Source of the DNA: Waterburya sp.
GTDB taxonomy: Bacteria; Cyanobacteriota; Cyanobacteriia; Cyanobacteriales; Xenococcaceae
Assembly: GCA_965217895.1 (NCBI GenBank)
Contig: CBDCJV010000002.1
Location: 576,001 to 640,000, forward strand
Direction of reading: 5' to 3'
Length of the DNA stretch: 64,000 nucleotides
Shown: in pieces, positions 9,717-20,530 of the stretch
Position numbering within the stretch: the first letter of the stretch is position 1
Layout: each line of letters starts with the position of its first letter
Program-made: the position numbers and the translations under genes
Notes under the pieces: model-generated
Seen by the model: the letters and a program-made list of their open reading frames with translations, nothing else
The model's database searches: none
Told to the model about the DNA's origin: nothing

Positions 9717-10990
9717 CTAAGTAGACAAAAACTGAAGAGATTGAAGAAAATCAGCTTGAGATTCATCTAAGTTTAAGAAAATAGAGCGCAAATGATCGAA
9801 GCCATAACGGAAAGTGCTTTTTACCTTTCGTCCATGTTTTTTAATCACAATCGGTTTGTGGTTAGATAACCATTGACCTGTTCGATATGCTCAACACAAA
9901 GCAATAGTGAGCAAAGCAAATAGGCGACTCAAACGCTCTGAATCGTTTAAATGGGTATCTTCCAAATTTAATCCTCGACTTTTAAAGATGCCAAAAAGAG
10001 TTTCGATACCCCAACGTTGCGTATAATCATCAATCAGAGTATGACAATAATTTGGAGCAACAACAGTCAGTAGAGAATTATCCTGTAAACGTATAGCTCC
10101 AATGTAAACTTGATGACCCCATAAAATTCGTTTTCTTTTGAGCAATAATTTCTGTCCAATCTGAAGATAGGAAAAAACAATCTTGGTTGAAAGTTGATGT
10201 TTTCCATCCCCTAGCAGTTCTGTCTCTCGGACTCTAATTCTAAATGAAATCAATGCTGTGAGAATAAATATTCCAGCCATTGATGACCTAAGAACTCGCG
10301 GTCGGCACTCAAATAAGCAATTTGATGTTCGCAGAATAGTTCAACAAATTCTTTTAATAAATCAATCCGCTCGTTGATATGGGAATTTCCCTTCTTATCT
10401 AAGTGGGTGGGTAAAATTAAATGTAAAACAAGCGTAAGCAAGATATTACGATCTATTTTCGTTACTCATTACTCGTTACTCGTTACTCGTTACTCACTGC
10501 TGAAACTATCTTCTAATTAATTTGTCCTACTTACTTAGCATCCACCCTAACAGTGGAAAAGCTACACCTTGATAAATAATACCCAGAGTCAGAATATTGA
10601 ATACCTTTCGATCAAACTGCCACTCAGTTCTGTCAAGACTCAATACCCACGGTTCAGGTATTTCCATCATATCGATGACTAACTTCGCCATGCTGTAGTA
10701 ATCTAAGTCAAATTCTCTCAGAAACCGTTGCAGTCTTTTGTAACTTGATTCTGTTTTCGCTTTACTCTTAAATCCGATTGACAAGTCTACAAGGTTTACT
10801 GTCTTAACTCTAAACAAGGCGCTCAGAAATAGCGCGAGGAAACTCAATCTTGCTTCATGCCATTTTAAGTGGGGTTTCAAGGTTTTTCGGAGCAAGTTAA
10901 TATTATTATCTATGAGATCTTCATGAGTTTAGTGTGATTACTTTTCATGAAACCCTTTTTCTGCTTCCTTTTCAACTTTTGTCTACTAAG
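9717..10990 (-). mobile_element. IS4-family insertion sequence with an inactivated transposase
   Basis: 20-bp terminal inverted repeats (CTAAGTAGACAAAAACTGAA at 9717 vs reverse complement of 10971-10990, 17/20 match). Transposase fragments show LDRTEW, ADREF and RWGIETLFGIFKSRG, broken by a MITE, a frameshift and a stop. Confidence 0.9.
10400..10537. mobile_element. About 136-bp MITE with IS630-like ends inside the IS4 transposase
   Basis: TA duplication; ends TAAGTGGGTGGGTAAAATTAA / TAAGTAAGTAGGACAAATTAA; removal restores W-M-L-D-K-K-G-N-S; internal (TTACTCG)n repeats. Confidence 0.85.
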
Positions 10991-11003
10991 ATAGGTAATA
11001 AGC

Positions 11004-11222
11004 ATTGGTGACAAGTTAAAAAAAGCAGAATCAAATCAAGCACTACAGGTAGTGTTTTACTAATTTGGTGACATTGTATACTAAGTTGAAGTTGATTTCA
11101 AAGCGATGTCTTCGACTAGCTTCGTAATCGCGCTAAAAAAGAGGAGCAACTTTAAAATGACTGAAAAGCTAAGAGCTAAAAACTAGTTGACAAACAACAC
11201 AAACCCTTAACTTGTCACGATT
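11004..11222. mobile_element. Putative MITE of about 215 bp
   Basis: Perfect 12-bp inverted repeat GTGACAAGTTAA (11008) / TTAACTTGTCAC (11207); flanked on both sides by AGGTAAT STRR units; no ORF. Confidence 0.6.
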
Positions 11223-11267
11223 AGGTAATAGGTAATAAAATTTTCACGATTCACTTAAGATTGCTAT

Positions 11268-14200
11268 ATGTCGTTAGAAAAACTCTTAATTCAGCCATTC
11301 GTTCTCGAACGGGTAATCGATCGCAACCCGCCGATAGTGACGACTGAGACAACAGTTTCAGAGGCGATCTCCCTGATGAGCCAAATTCGGCATCAAAGCT
11401 GTATCGGGGCTAGTTGTGAGCTTGAAAATGTGACTGACGCTTCAGATTTATCTTCAAATGTGCGGGCAAGCTCTAGTTACCTTCTGGTACTAGAGGCAGA
11501 GAAGCTAATCGGAATTTTTACCGAGCGAGATTTAGTTAAATTAGCAGCTTCGGAGTACGATTGTTCGGCGATTAAAATTACCGAAGTTATGACCGATTCA
11601 GTTATTACTTTGCCCCAGTCAGAAATTCGCGATATTTTTTACGTACTAGGTTATTTTCGTCGGCATCATATTCGTCATTTACCCATTTTGGACGAGGAAA
11701 ATAGTCTACTGGGAGTTATTACTACGGGCAGTCTACGTAAAGCTTTGCAGCCCCATAATTTTTTGCGATTGAGACAGGTAGCAGACGTAATGGCTACTGA
11801 AGTAGTGACGGCATCGGCTAATGATTCAGTGCTGAGTTTAGCCCGATTAATGAGCGATCGCCAGGTTAGCTGCGTAGTGATTACAGAAGCGATTGAAAAT
11901 GGATCGGGAGAAATTTTGGCAACTCCCGTGGGCATCATTACCGAAGGGGATATCGTTCAATTTCAAGCTCTCAATTTGGATCTGAGAAAAATCCAGGCAG
12001 AAACGGTGATGAGCTTCCCGCTTTTTCCCGTCAAGCCTTTAGATGCTCTGTGGCAAGCTAATCTACAGATGCAGCAGTACCGTGTCCGACGCTTGGTAGT
12101 TACGGGGGAACAAGGAGAACTGGTAGGGATTGTCACCCAAACCAGTCTGCTGCAAATTCTCGATCCTCTAGAGATGTTACAGGAATTAGAGGATTTACAG
12201 GAGATTAAAGATAAGCAAACCCTACAGCTAAAACAGACCAATCGGCAACTACAAAATGAGATTGTCGAGCGAAAACGGTTAGAGGATGCCCTGCAAGAAG
12301 CTAATCGAGCTTTAACTACACAAGTAGATCGCCAAACTAGCGAACTGGGAGCAACTAAAGAAGTTCTACAACAGGAGACTGAAACCCGCCAGCGATCGCA
12401 AACACAAGGTGATCGCTTTTTTGACCTTTCTTTAGACTTATTTTGCATGGCTGGGGTTGACGGTTACTTTAAGCAAATCAACCCAGCGATGGAGCAACTT
12501 CTTGGTTTTAGCAGAGCGGAATTACTAGCTAAACCTTATCTTGACTTCGTGCATCCAGGCGATCGAGCAGCTACCACCGCCGAAGCTACCAAACTTACTC
12601 AAGGTATACATACAGTTAGCTTTGAAAATCGTTATCTTTGTCAAAATGGTTCATATAAATGGTTGCTTTGGACGGCTACTTTTGCTGCTGAGGAGCAGCT
12701 TATGTATGGCTCAGGCAAAGATATTACCGAGCGAAAATTGACAGAAGCGGAATCACAACGTCAATCTCGGCAATCGCAACTAATTTCGGAAATAACCCTT
12801 AAAATCCGTCAGTCATTGAATTTAAAAGAGATTTTACGCCTGGCTGTTACCGAAATTCAGAAGATTTTACAGGCAGATCGGGTTTTAGTTTTTCAACTAC
12901 ATCCTGACGGTTTTGGTAAAGCTATAGAAGAAGCTGTAGTTCCAGGCTATCCGACTGTTTTAGGACGGAATCTTTTCGACCCCTGTTTTCAAGATGGATA
13001 TGCAGCACAGTATCGTCAGGGCAGGATTGGCGCGATCGCCGATATCGAACGAGCAAACATTCAGCCTTGTTATATAAAATTTCTCCAGCAGTTTGCGATC
13101 AAAGCTAATCTTGTCGTGCCAATTCTCCAGCAGTCGCAGCTTTGGGGGTTACTAATCGTGCATCAGTGCGATCGCCCCCGTCACTGGCAAACTTTTGAGA
13201 TCGATTTGCTGAGACAACTAGCAAACCAGATTAGTATTGCTATCTCTCAGGCGGAACTACTAAATAGTCTAGAAGAAAAGGTAGCAGTACGAACATTTGA
13301 ATTAGAACAGGCAAATAAACGGCTTAAGCTCACTCAATTTTCCATTGATCGCAGTGCGGAAATAATCGCTTGGGTTAGTCCTGATGCTGAGATAATTTAT
13401 ATCAACGACTCGGCTTGTGAGATCTTAGGCTATAGTCGCGATCGACTCTTGAGTTTAAACATTGCTGAAATTGTTCCCGCTTTTTCAGCAGCAGCTTGGA
13501 TAAAACATTGGCAGCAGTTGAGAGATCGAGGCTCGCTACAGTTGGAAACTTCTTTGCAAACTAAAGATGGTCGTGTTATTCCTATTGAAGCTATTACAGA
13601 ATATCTCCAGGTAGAAGATCGAGAATATAACTGTATTTTTGCTCGCGATATTAGTCAACGTAAGCAGACTGAATCGGCACTGCAGCAGAGCGAAAAACGC
13701 TTCAAAGCTCTAGTGGCTAACGTTCCTGGTGCAATATACCGCTTTATTAATGACGACAATTATACAATGAAATTTATTGACGATGAAATTACCACAATTT
13801 CTGGTTATCCTGCTGCCGATTTTCTCCAAAACCAACGAACTCCTCTCAGCATTATTTACACTGAAGATCGCGAACGAGTTGCCCAAGAACTTCAAGCAGC
13901 GATCGCCCAAAAAAGAGACTATACTATCGAACATCGCATTGTACGTTCAGATGGAGCAATTAGCTGGGTAAAAAGCAAAGGACAGGGAGTTTATGACGAA
14001 GAAGATCGGCTTCTTTGGCTTGACGGAATTCTTTTAGACATCAACGAACGCAAATGGGCAGAAACTTTGCAACGGGTGCAAAATCGAGCTTTAAGTATGC
14101 TGGCAGAAGGAGGAACACTATACGATGTCTTACTAGAACTGACCGAACAAATCAATCGATTATCTCCAGGCTTAAATTCAACCATTATGATGATGGAGAA

Positions 14201-15608
14201 TGATAACAAGCATTTAAGTTCTTATATTAACTCTCAAATGCCCCAAGATTATGTTGAGGCGATCAATCGTTTACCCATTGGGGCAAAAGTTGGTTCTTGC
14301 GGTACGGCTGCATATTTGGGTCAGCGCGTGATAGTTAGTAATATTGCCGCCGATCCTTTGTGGACAGAATACAAACATTTAATTTTAGCCTACGGTTTCC
14401 AAGCCTGTTGGTCAGAACCAATTAAATCGGAGACGGGTAGAGTTTTGGGAACTTTTGGTCTGTATTTTACCGAACCGCGATCGCCTTCAGCCCAAGAACT
14501 AGAAATAATCGAAGCCTGTGCTAGCTTAGCTTCTGTTGCCATTACTCGCAAACAATCTGAGGCTACATTAAGAGATAGCGAAGCACAGCTTCGTTTAATT
14601 ACAGATGCCTTACCAGCCTTGATTTCTTATATCGATAATCGACAGTGCTATCAATTTGTCAACAAGACTTATGAAGAATGGCATCGACTAACTCGTACCG
14701 AAATTATTGGCAGTCATATTAAAGAACTTCTAGGGGAAGTAAATTACCAGCAAATTCAACAGTATGTAGAATCAGCCCTGTCAGGCGAGACTTTGACCTA
14801 TGAAAGTGAAATTCTTTTAGATCGTCAAGTGCGTCATTTCAGTGCTACTTATATTCCCGATCTAGATCGCAATGGAACAGTAAAAGGACTTGTTGCTTTA
14901 GTTAGCGATATAAGCGATCTTAAAGCGATCTCACAAATGAAGGACGAGTTTATTTCCGTAGTCAGTCATGAATTACGCACTCCTCTAACCTCTATTTATG
15001 GTGCTTTGAAACTGCTTGTAACTAGTCCTCAAAGTGGGTTAGAAGAAGAAGATCGAGAAATGCTGAATATTGCCGTAACCAACACAGAACGTTTAATACG
15101 TCTAGTAAACGATGTGCTAGACCTAGAACGAATTGAGTCTGGCAAAATTAAAATGAACAAACAGTCTTGTAATACTGCCGATTTAGTTCGCCAAGCTATT
15201 GAAGTTATGCTTCCAATGGCTCATGCTCAAGACGTTACTTTAGTGGCAGAACCCTGTCCTATAGCAATTAACGCCGATCCCGACCACATACACCAAACTT
15301 TAACTAACCTCCTTAGCAATGCCATAAAATTTTCTCCGTCCCACAGTTCCGTTTGGCTCACAGTTGACGAGCGAGAAAGCGAAACTCTGTTTAAGGTTAG
15401 CGATCGCGGACGCGGAATTCCCTCAGACAAATTAGAGCATATTTTTGAACGTTTTCAACAGGTAAATGCTTCAGATTCGCGAGACAAAGGAGGCACTGGT
15501 TTGGGATTAGCCATCTGCTATAAAATCATCGAGGAACACGATGGTCGCATTTGGGCTGAGAGTAAGCTTAATCAAGGAAGCACGTTTTGTTTTACCATAC
15601 CGAAGTAA
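11268..15608 (+). CDS. Multi-sensor histidine kinase: CBS x4, PAS, GAF (cyanobacteriochrome type), PAS, PAS, GAF, PAS, HisKA, HATPase
   Basis: CBS motifs (LIGIFTERDLV), GAF with DPCF and QPCY, H-box VSHELRTPLT, N-box NLLSNAIKF, G-boxes DRGRGI and GGTGLGL. Confidence 0.93.
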   Translation: MSLEKLLIQPFVLERVIDRNPPIVTTETTVSEAISLMSQIRHQSCIGASCELENVTDASDLSSNVRASSSYLLVLEAEKLIGIFTERDLVKLAASEYDCSAIKITEVMTDSVITLPQSEIRDIFYVLGYFRRHHIRHLPILDEENSLLGVITTGSLRKALQPHNFLRLRQVADVMATEVVTASANDSVLSLARLMSDRQVSCVVITEAIENGSGEILATPVGIITEGDIVQFQALNLDLRKIQAETVMSFPLFPVKPLDALWQANLQMQQYRVRRLVVTGEQGELVGIVTQTSLLQILDPLEMLQELEDLQEIKDKQTLQLKQTNRQLQNEIVERKRLEDALQEANRALTTQVDRQTSELGATKEVLQQETETRQRSQTQGDRFFDLSLDLFCMAGVDGYFKQINPAMEQLLGFSRAELLAKPYLDFVHPGDRAATTAEATKLTQGIHTVSFENRYLCQNGSYKWLLWTATFAAEEQLMYGSGKDITERKLTEAESQRQSRQSQLISEITLKIRQSLNLKEILRLAVTEIQKILQADRVLVFQLHPDGFGKAIEEAVVPGYPTVLGRNLFDPCFQDGYAAQYRQGRIGAIADIERANIQPCYIKFLQQFAIKANLVVPILQQSQLWGLLIVHQCDRPRHWQTFEIDLLRQLANQISIAISQAELLNSLEEKVAVRTFELEQANKRLKLTQFSIDRSAEIIAWVSPDAEIIYINDSACEILGYSRDRLLSLNIAEIVPAFSAAAWIKHWQQLRDRGSLQLETSLQTKDGRVIPIEAITEYLQVEDREYNCIFARDISQRKQTESALQQSEKRFKALVANVPGAIYRFINDDNYTMKFIDDEITTISGYPAADFLQNQRTPLSIIYTEDRERVAQELQAAIAQKRDYTIEHRIVRSDGAISWVKSKGQGVYDEEDRLLWLDGILLDINERKWAETLQRVQNRALSMLAEGGTLYDVLLELTEQINRLSPGLNSTIMMMENDNKHLSSYINSQMPQDYVEAINRLPIGAKVGSCGTAAYLGQRVIVSNIAADPLWTEYKHLILAYGFQACWSEPIKSETGRVLGTFGLYFTEPRSPSAQELEIIEACASLASVAITRKQSEATLRDSEAQLRLITDALPALISYIDNRQCYQFVNKTYEEWHRLTRTEIIGSHIKELLGEVNYQQIQQYVESALSGETLTYESEILLDRQVRHFSATYIPDLDRNGTVKGLVALVSDISDLKAISQMKDEFISVVSHELRTPLTSIYGALKLLVTSPQSGLEEEDREMLNIAVTNTERLIRLVNDVLDLERIESGKIKMNKQSCNTADLVRQAIEVMLPMAHAQDVTLVAEPCPIAINADPDHIHQTLTNLLSNAIKFSPSHSSVWLTVDERESETLFKVSDRGRGIPSDKLEHIFERFQQVNASDSRDKGGTGLGLAICYKIIEEHDGRIWAESKLNQGSTFCFTIPK

Positions 15609-15751
15609 CTCAGAATTGCTAGAAAAGGTAATAGGTAATAGGTAATAAGATTGAATAAATCTTTATAAACCTCCTGCCTCCTGCCTACATGCGGCTAAAG
15701 CCTTTGTGCCTTCACACAACTTTCAAATGGTGTATCTAAACAGGATTTAGT

Positions 15752-16123
15752 ATGATTTCCAAACGCATCTTACTTATAGACGATGAGCCATCTATCTTAG
15801 CAGTAGCTCGCATCGGTTTAAAGCGTGCGGGATGGTTAGTGTTGACTGCTAATTCGGGACAAGAAGGTATTGCCAAAGCCGAAACCGAACTGCCAGATGC
15901 GATCGTTTTGGATGTAATGATGCCAGAAATGGATGGCTTGGCAACTCTCAAACAGCTACAGGATAATCCTCAAGTTCAACATATCCCAGTAATTTTTCTG
16001 ACTGCCAAAGCCCAACAATCCGATCGTCGTAACTTTTATGCTTCTGGCATTAAAGGATTTATTACCAAACCTTTCGACCCTACTACCCTAGCAAGCCAAA
16101 TTTCTGGTTTTCTTAGCTGGTAG
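15752..16123 (+). CDS. Single-domain response regulator (CheY-like)
   Basis: ILLIDDE, IVLDVMMPEMDG, FLTAK, TKPF. Confidence 0.93.
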   Translation: MISKRILLIDDEPSILAVARIGLKRAGWLVLTANSGQEGIAKAETELPDAIVLDVMMPEMDGLATLKQLQDNPQVQHIPVIFLTAKAQQSDRRNFYASGIKGFITKPFDPTTLASQISGFLSW

Positions 16124-16409
16124 CAAGTATCGCTTCGCATAAGTAATAGATAATAAGATCGAATATAGTCATGTCTTTATAGAAACCAGATGAATTTAAA
16201 GGTAATAATAAATCTCGATAAATCTTCTGCCTTCTGCCTCCTGCCCTCTGCCTTTGCCCAAGTTTTAAATGGTGTATCTCAACAGAATTTAACATCACCT
16301 CATAAGTAGCTCATATTTCTCGATTAATATTATTTATTCAGATTAATTGCAAATTTAATTACTAGCAAATTACTCATTATCTGCTGCTTATTTGCATTAG
16401 AGGAAAATA

Positions 16410-16796
16410 ATGTTGATGTTACATTCAAGTCTTAAGTGCATCTTAGTTATCGATATTGTTGAGGATATTCAGCAAATTATTCGACGCAGCCTTAAACATG
16501 ATGCAAATTGGCAGGTACTATTAGCCAATTCAATCACTGAGGGATTGACTCTAACCCAAACTAAGCAACCCGATGTAATTTTACTTGAAGCTAGCTTAAT
16601 CGATAAATGCGATCCTAATGTTTGGCAACAACTGCAAACTATTGTTGCCAGTCAATCTATTCCCCTGATATTCATGGCAGCCAGGGTTAGAGCAACAGAT
16701 CTATTAAAATTTCAACAACTTGGAGGGACAACGGCGATCGCTAAACCTTTCGATCCCAAACACTTAGTAGAAACAATTTCTCAAGTATTAGAGTAA
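16410..16796 (+). CDS. Atypical single-domain receiver (pseudo-receiver)
   Basis: Receiver fold with the phospho-acceptor Asp replaced by Glu (PDVILLEA) and a degenerate acidic pocket (VIDIVED); AKPF retained. Confidence 0.8.
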   Translation: MLMLHSSLKCILVIDIVEDIQQIIRRSLKHDANWQVLLANSITEGLTLTQTKQPDVILLEASLIDKCDPNVWQQLQTIVASQSIPLIFMAARVRATDLLKFQQLGGTTAIAKPFDPKHLVETISQVLE

Positions 16797-16841
16797 TTTA
16801 CAGGCTTTTTTTAATGGCACACACAAAGACAGAAAATCTAA

Positions 16842-18098
16842 TTACGACGATAGATTGAGCTTCTCTTCAATACTAGCACCAGGATTATGCTCCCAGCGAT
16901 CGCCTACATGAGCATAAATTGAAGTAGTCCTGGGATCGGCATGACCTAATAAGTCTTGAACCTGTCGCAAGTCCGAACCAGTTCTTAACGCTAATGTACC
17001 AGCAGTGTGTCTGAGGCTATGAGCAGAAAGAGTTCGACCAGAAGTATGTTTGAGATTGGTAGTTTTCAAATAGCTATCAATAATTGCTCTAATGCTACGT
17101 CTAGATAATTCCTTGCCCTTACTGTTATTGCTTAAGGAGACAAAGACACAATCAGTAGGTTTAATTTTTCTTCTCAAGACTTTTTGTCTTATCTGGAGAT
17201 ACTCGTCTAGTTGTGTGGCTAAGTTTTCCGTTAAAGGAACAACTCTACTAGCTCGTTTAGCCGATACTTGTAGTCCTGTTTTCAACCCTTGCCTGACAAT
17301 ATCTTCTATCTTTAGTTGATGCATCTCAACCGTTCTGCATCCTTCTACACTCATAATGCCAATTAAAATGCGATCGCTCATGAACATCAATCTTTGCTTG
17401 TTAGTTCTAGCTTCGTTTAATTGAGATTGAATATGGTCGAGCAAAAACTTTAATTCTTCTGCCTCCATGAAGGTAATCCGAGCAGCAGGGTCTTTCCTAT
17501 CTTTGGGTGCTTTGATGTTTTGTGCAGGATTATTTTTTATTAATCCATGAGTTAATGCTGCCTTGTAAAATATCCTGACAATGTTGAGCTTAGTTGCGAT
17601 CGTGCTATTTTGGTAGCCAGATTGAACTAGATATTGTCGATATAGCTTGATATCTTCAGCATCCGCCCCTAATGGCTCAAATAGATTTTCTTTACACCAA
17701 TCTAAGTACTGTTTGGTCTAAGAAATATAGGAGCGAACAGTATCTGCTGAAGCTGCACCATCTCCTACCTCAAGTTGAAGAAACTTGGCAAATATCTGTT
17801 CTATGTCAAAGACAAAAGTTGGTACAGCTTGCGCCGATTCTAGCTTTTGAACCGCACTAGTTTCGAGAGTTGCAGATTCTGACTGCGTTTCTTTAACAAG
17901 GCTTCCGCCTTGGAAGGTAGGAGGCACAAAGGACTTGTCCGCATGTATACAGGAGACAGAAGGATTATCCTTTAAACCTGTTCTTTTGGGGTCTAAATTC
18001 CCGTCCGAACAATTGACCTTCTGCCCTCTGCCCTCAAACTTCTGCCTCTCTTTAACTGCTACGGGAATTATGTTTATTTCCATTTTGCTACTTTTCAT
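16842..18098 (-). pseudogene. XerC/D-like tyrosine recombinase/integrase interrupted by an in-frame TAG at 17718-17720
   Basis: Catalytic GCR, HSLRH, LLGH and IYAH are present. Reading through the stop gives TKQYLDWC...[15 protein letters not shown], in frame with both ORFs. Confidence 0.88.
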
Positions 18099-18447
18099 TC
18101 TTTTTCACTTCGGATTCTCTGCCGTACCAAAATCTTTTTTCCTCCCAGGTTTCAGCATACATCTGCTCGATACTACATCCGCGCCCAATCCTATTGCCTT
18201 GATCATTAATCAAAAAGCAGACACGCTCATCTACTATATAAGCTTTTTGAAGTATTCTCTGAAATTTTCGCCACGGTCTAATTCTTTCTGAATTACTATT
18301 GTCTGTAGCTACAAAAGTAGGGATCGAATGAACGTTAATGGCATATCTAGGTTGACAATCAAACACAAACAGGTCGATATCGGAAGGAACAATCGCACCT
18401 GCGACGTAGCCTTCAAAAGTTGCTTCTAGGTCAAAATAGGTATTCAT
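18088..18447 (-). CDS. Hypothetical protein (119 aa) coupled to the GNAT TA operon
   Basis: Start codon overlaps the toxin stop; no recognised motif. Confidence 0.55.
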   Translation of the reverse strand: MNTYFDLEATFEGYVAGAIVPSDIDLFVFDCQPRYAINVHSIPTFVATDNSNSERIRPWRKFQRILQKAYIVDERVCFLINDQGNRIGRGCSIEQMYAETWEEKRFWYGRESEVKKNEK

Positions 18448-18959
18448 TAATTTACCAATTCGGAGCGTATGGTTTTCAAGGGTAAAAACAGGGATAGTGG
18501 AGTATCTTCAAACGGTATAAACTCATGTTTGAGATAAAACTGTTTCGCGCTTTCATTGATCGCATCAACTCTGACCGCGTAGATACCGATTTCTGACGAT
18601 GCTCTAACTATCCTCAATAAAGCATTAACTAGCAACTCCGTCCCCAATCCTTCCCCCTGACAAAAACTATCTACAGCTAACCTGCCAATTAGTGCTGCGG
18701 GTATGGGGTAGGCAGGTAGTTTCTTTTTGATGTCTTCAGGCACGGATGAAAAATCAATGATGCTAGAGCTTATGGTGTAGTAACCATCAATCACCGTCGG
18801 CGTATCGGCTTTTGTAGCTACAAAAACCTTATTTATCCCCGACTTGTCATTTTGTCTGGCATATCGTCTCAGATAGTCATTTAGCACCTGGTTGCCACAA
18901 TCAAAATCCTTACGGTTGTGTTTCTTCTCAAGAGGGACAAATTGCCAACGATTACTCAT
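18447..18959 (-). CDS. GNAT-family acetyltransferase toxin (TacT/AtaT-like)
   Basis: FDCG...LNDYL, PAALIGRLAVD, QGEGLG, VDAINESAKQFY. Confidence 0.92.
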   Translation of the reverse strand: MSNRWQFVPLEKKHNRKDFDCGNQVLNDYLRRYARQNDKSGINKVFVATKADTPTVIDGYYTISSSIIDFSSVPEDIKKKLPAYPIPAALIGRLAVDSFCQGEGLGTELLVNALLRIVRASSEIGIYAVRVDAINESAKQFYLKHEFIPFEDTPLSLFLPLKTIRSELVN

Positions 18960-19230
18960 ATTTCTGTCGGTATTGCGCTATCGCAGCCTTCAACTTCCCA
19001 GTTAACTTGGGCGGATTTGCCACCGCAGATAGAAAGGTATCGCGATCGCGATTACTCAAGGTCAACCGTTCGCGCTCTTCTATATCTTGTTGGGCTAAAG
19101 GCAATAAGTGGAGCAGAGTATAGGCACTAACTGATACGCCATTGATGGCAGCAGCTTTCTCGATAGTAGCTTTTTGTTCTTGGGTCAGTCGTAGGTCTAT
19201 GCGACTATCTTTGGGCAATGGGGTTGACAT
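18952..19230 (-). CDS. DUF1778 RHH antitoxin (TacA/AtaR-like)
   Basis: RIDLRLTQEQKATIEKAAAING, LSNRDRDTFLSAVANPP; overlaps the GNAT gene. Confidence 0.92.
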   Translation of the reverse strand: MSTPLPKDSRIDLRLTQEQKATIEKAAAINGVSVSAYTLLHLLPLAQQDIEERERLTLSNRDRDTFLSAVANPPKLTGKLKAAIAQYRQKYE

Positions 19231-19491
19231 GATTCATTTAGAGCTGATTACATCACCATTATATCTTAGATGCGGAAAATATACGTACATTTATCTCTAG
19301 TTCTGATTAGTGTCCAAATAAGATCTAGGAATTAAAAAAATGCGCTGAAAAGCTTATCCAAAATAGCTTCAAGCATCATTGACTATATACAAACACAAAA
19401 TGATATGCAATTGATACGCTATTATTCAAAAATCGTTAGCAAACAAATATGTTATTATAATAATTGTTATAATGTTAAGGTATTTTGATCT

Positions 19492-19716
19492 ATGTATACA
19501 CTTAAATTAACGACTGTAGGTTCGTCTACAGGGGTAGTAATCCCAGTAGAAATGCTCAAAAGCATGAAGTTGGAGAAAGGAGATTCTCTATATGCATTTG
19601 AGACACCTGAAGGATACGTGGTGAGTCCATACAATCCAGAAGTAGAAAACCAGATAAAGCAGGGTCGTGCTTTTATTAAGCAAAATCGAGAAGTTTTTAA
19701 AGCTTTAGCTGAGTGA
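19492..19716 (+). CDS. AbrB/MazE-type antitoxin
   Basis: KLTTVGSSTGVVIPVEMLKSMKLEKGD; overlaps the Doc gene. Confidence 0.88.
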   Translation: MYTLKLTTVGSSTGVVIPVEMLKSMKLEKGDSLYAFETPEGYVVSPYNPEVENQIKQGRAFIKQNREVFKALAE

Positions 19717-20102
19717 GTGAGCCAATCTGGATCGATGCGGATGCGTTGCGTTTGCTACATAGAGAAAGTCTTGCCGAATTCGGGCGGCTTTCAGGAATGA
19801 GAGATGAAGGTTTATTCTTGTCTGCTTTAGCTCGTCCGCGAAATCTTTTTGTCTATGAAGAGGTGACAAATATTTCTAGGCTAGCTGCGGCATATGCCTA
19901 TGGACTTGCCAGAAATCATCCTTTTAGTGACGGTAATAAACGTGCTGCTTTTTTGGCTATTGGTATGTTCTTGGCGATTAATGGTTTCTTATTAAAAGTA
20001 GAGCCAACAGAAGCAGTAAATACAATGCTGGCTTTGGCTGCTGGAGACTTAACAGAATTAGATCTTGCTAGTTGGATTGAAAAATTTATCGATTCTGCTT
20101 GA
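19713..20102 (+). CDS. doc: Death-on-curing (Doc/Fic) toxin
   Basis: Fic motif HPFSDGNKR. Confidence 0.92.
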   Translation: MSEPIWIDADALRLLHRESLAEFGRLSGMRDEGLFLSALARPRNLFVYEEVTNISRLAAAYAYGLARNHPFSDGNKRAAFLAIGMFLAINGFLLKVEPTEAVNTMLALAAGDLTELDLASWIEKFIDSA

Positions 20103-20479
20103 GTATAGTGTTGGTTGACCAACGGTCAAGGCTTGTGATAATTTTTCCGCTCGTGTACGTCTTTTAGTCAACTAGCAGCCTCTTGCTCTTTTGTTTTCTA
20201 CCCTCACCCTAGTCAGTTAGCGTTTGATTCAAAACAGTTAAGCTTAAGCCTGTTTGATAAAAACTAACATCAAACAGACTTCACTCTCAAGGATTAAGAC
20301 AACCAGAGTTGGAAGAATATATCAAAAAGCTTCTGAATTATCTGGAGGCAGAGTATGGAATTGATTGTTATGGACTAATTTATTGGTTAAATCCTGCTGA
20401 CTGTCCAGAATGTCAACAAAAATTGATTGAATAAATTGCAGAAGTTTTCATCACATCTTAGAGAAAAAAAGAGTTCAAA

Positions 20480-20523
20480 GTTAGTTCTAGCTAAAATATA
20501 CTATATAAATAGCTAGAACTAAC
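20480..20523. repeat. 44-bp palindromic site (14-bp arms, 16-bp spacer), left copy
   Basis: GTTAGTTCTAGCTA-aaatatactatataaa-TAGCTAGAACTAAC, perfect arms. Confidence 0.9.
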
Positions 20524-20530
20524 AGTTAAA

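Noticed and set aside
17718..17720. Programmed stop read-through in the integrase
   Set aside because: A simple CAG-to-TAG nonsense change in a region full of pseudogenes is more parsimonious; no recoding signal is visible.
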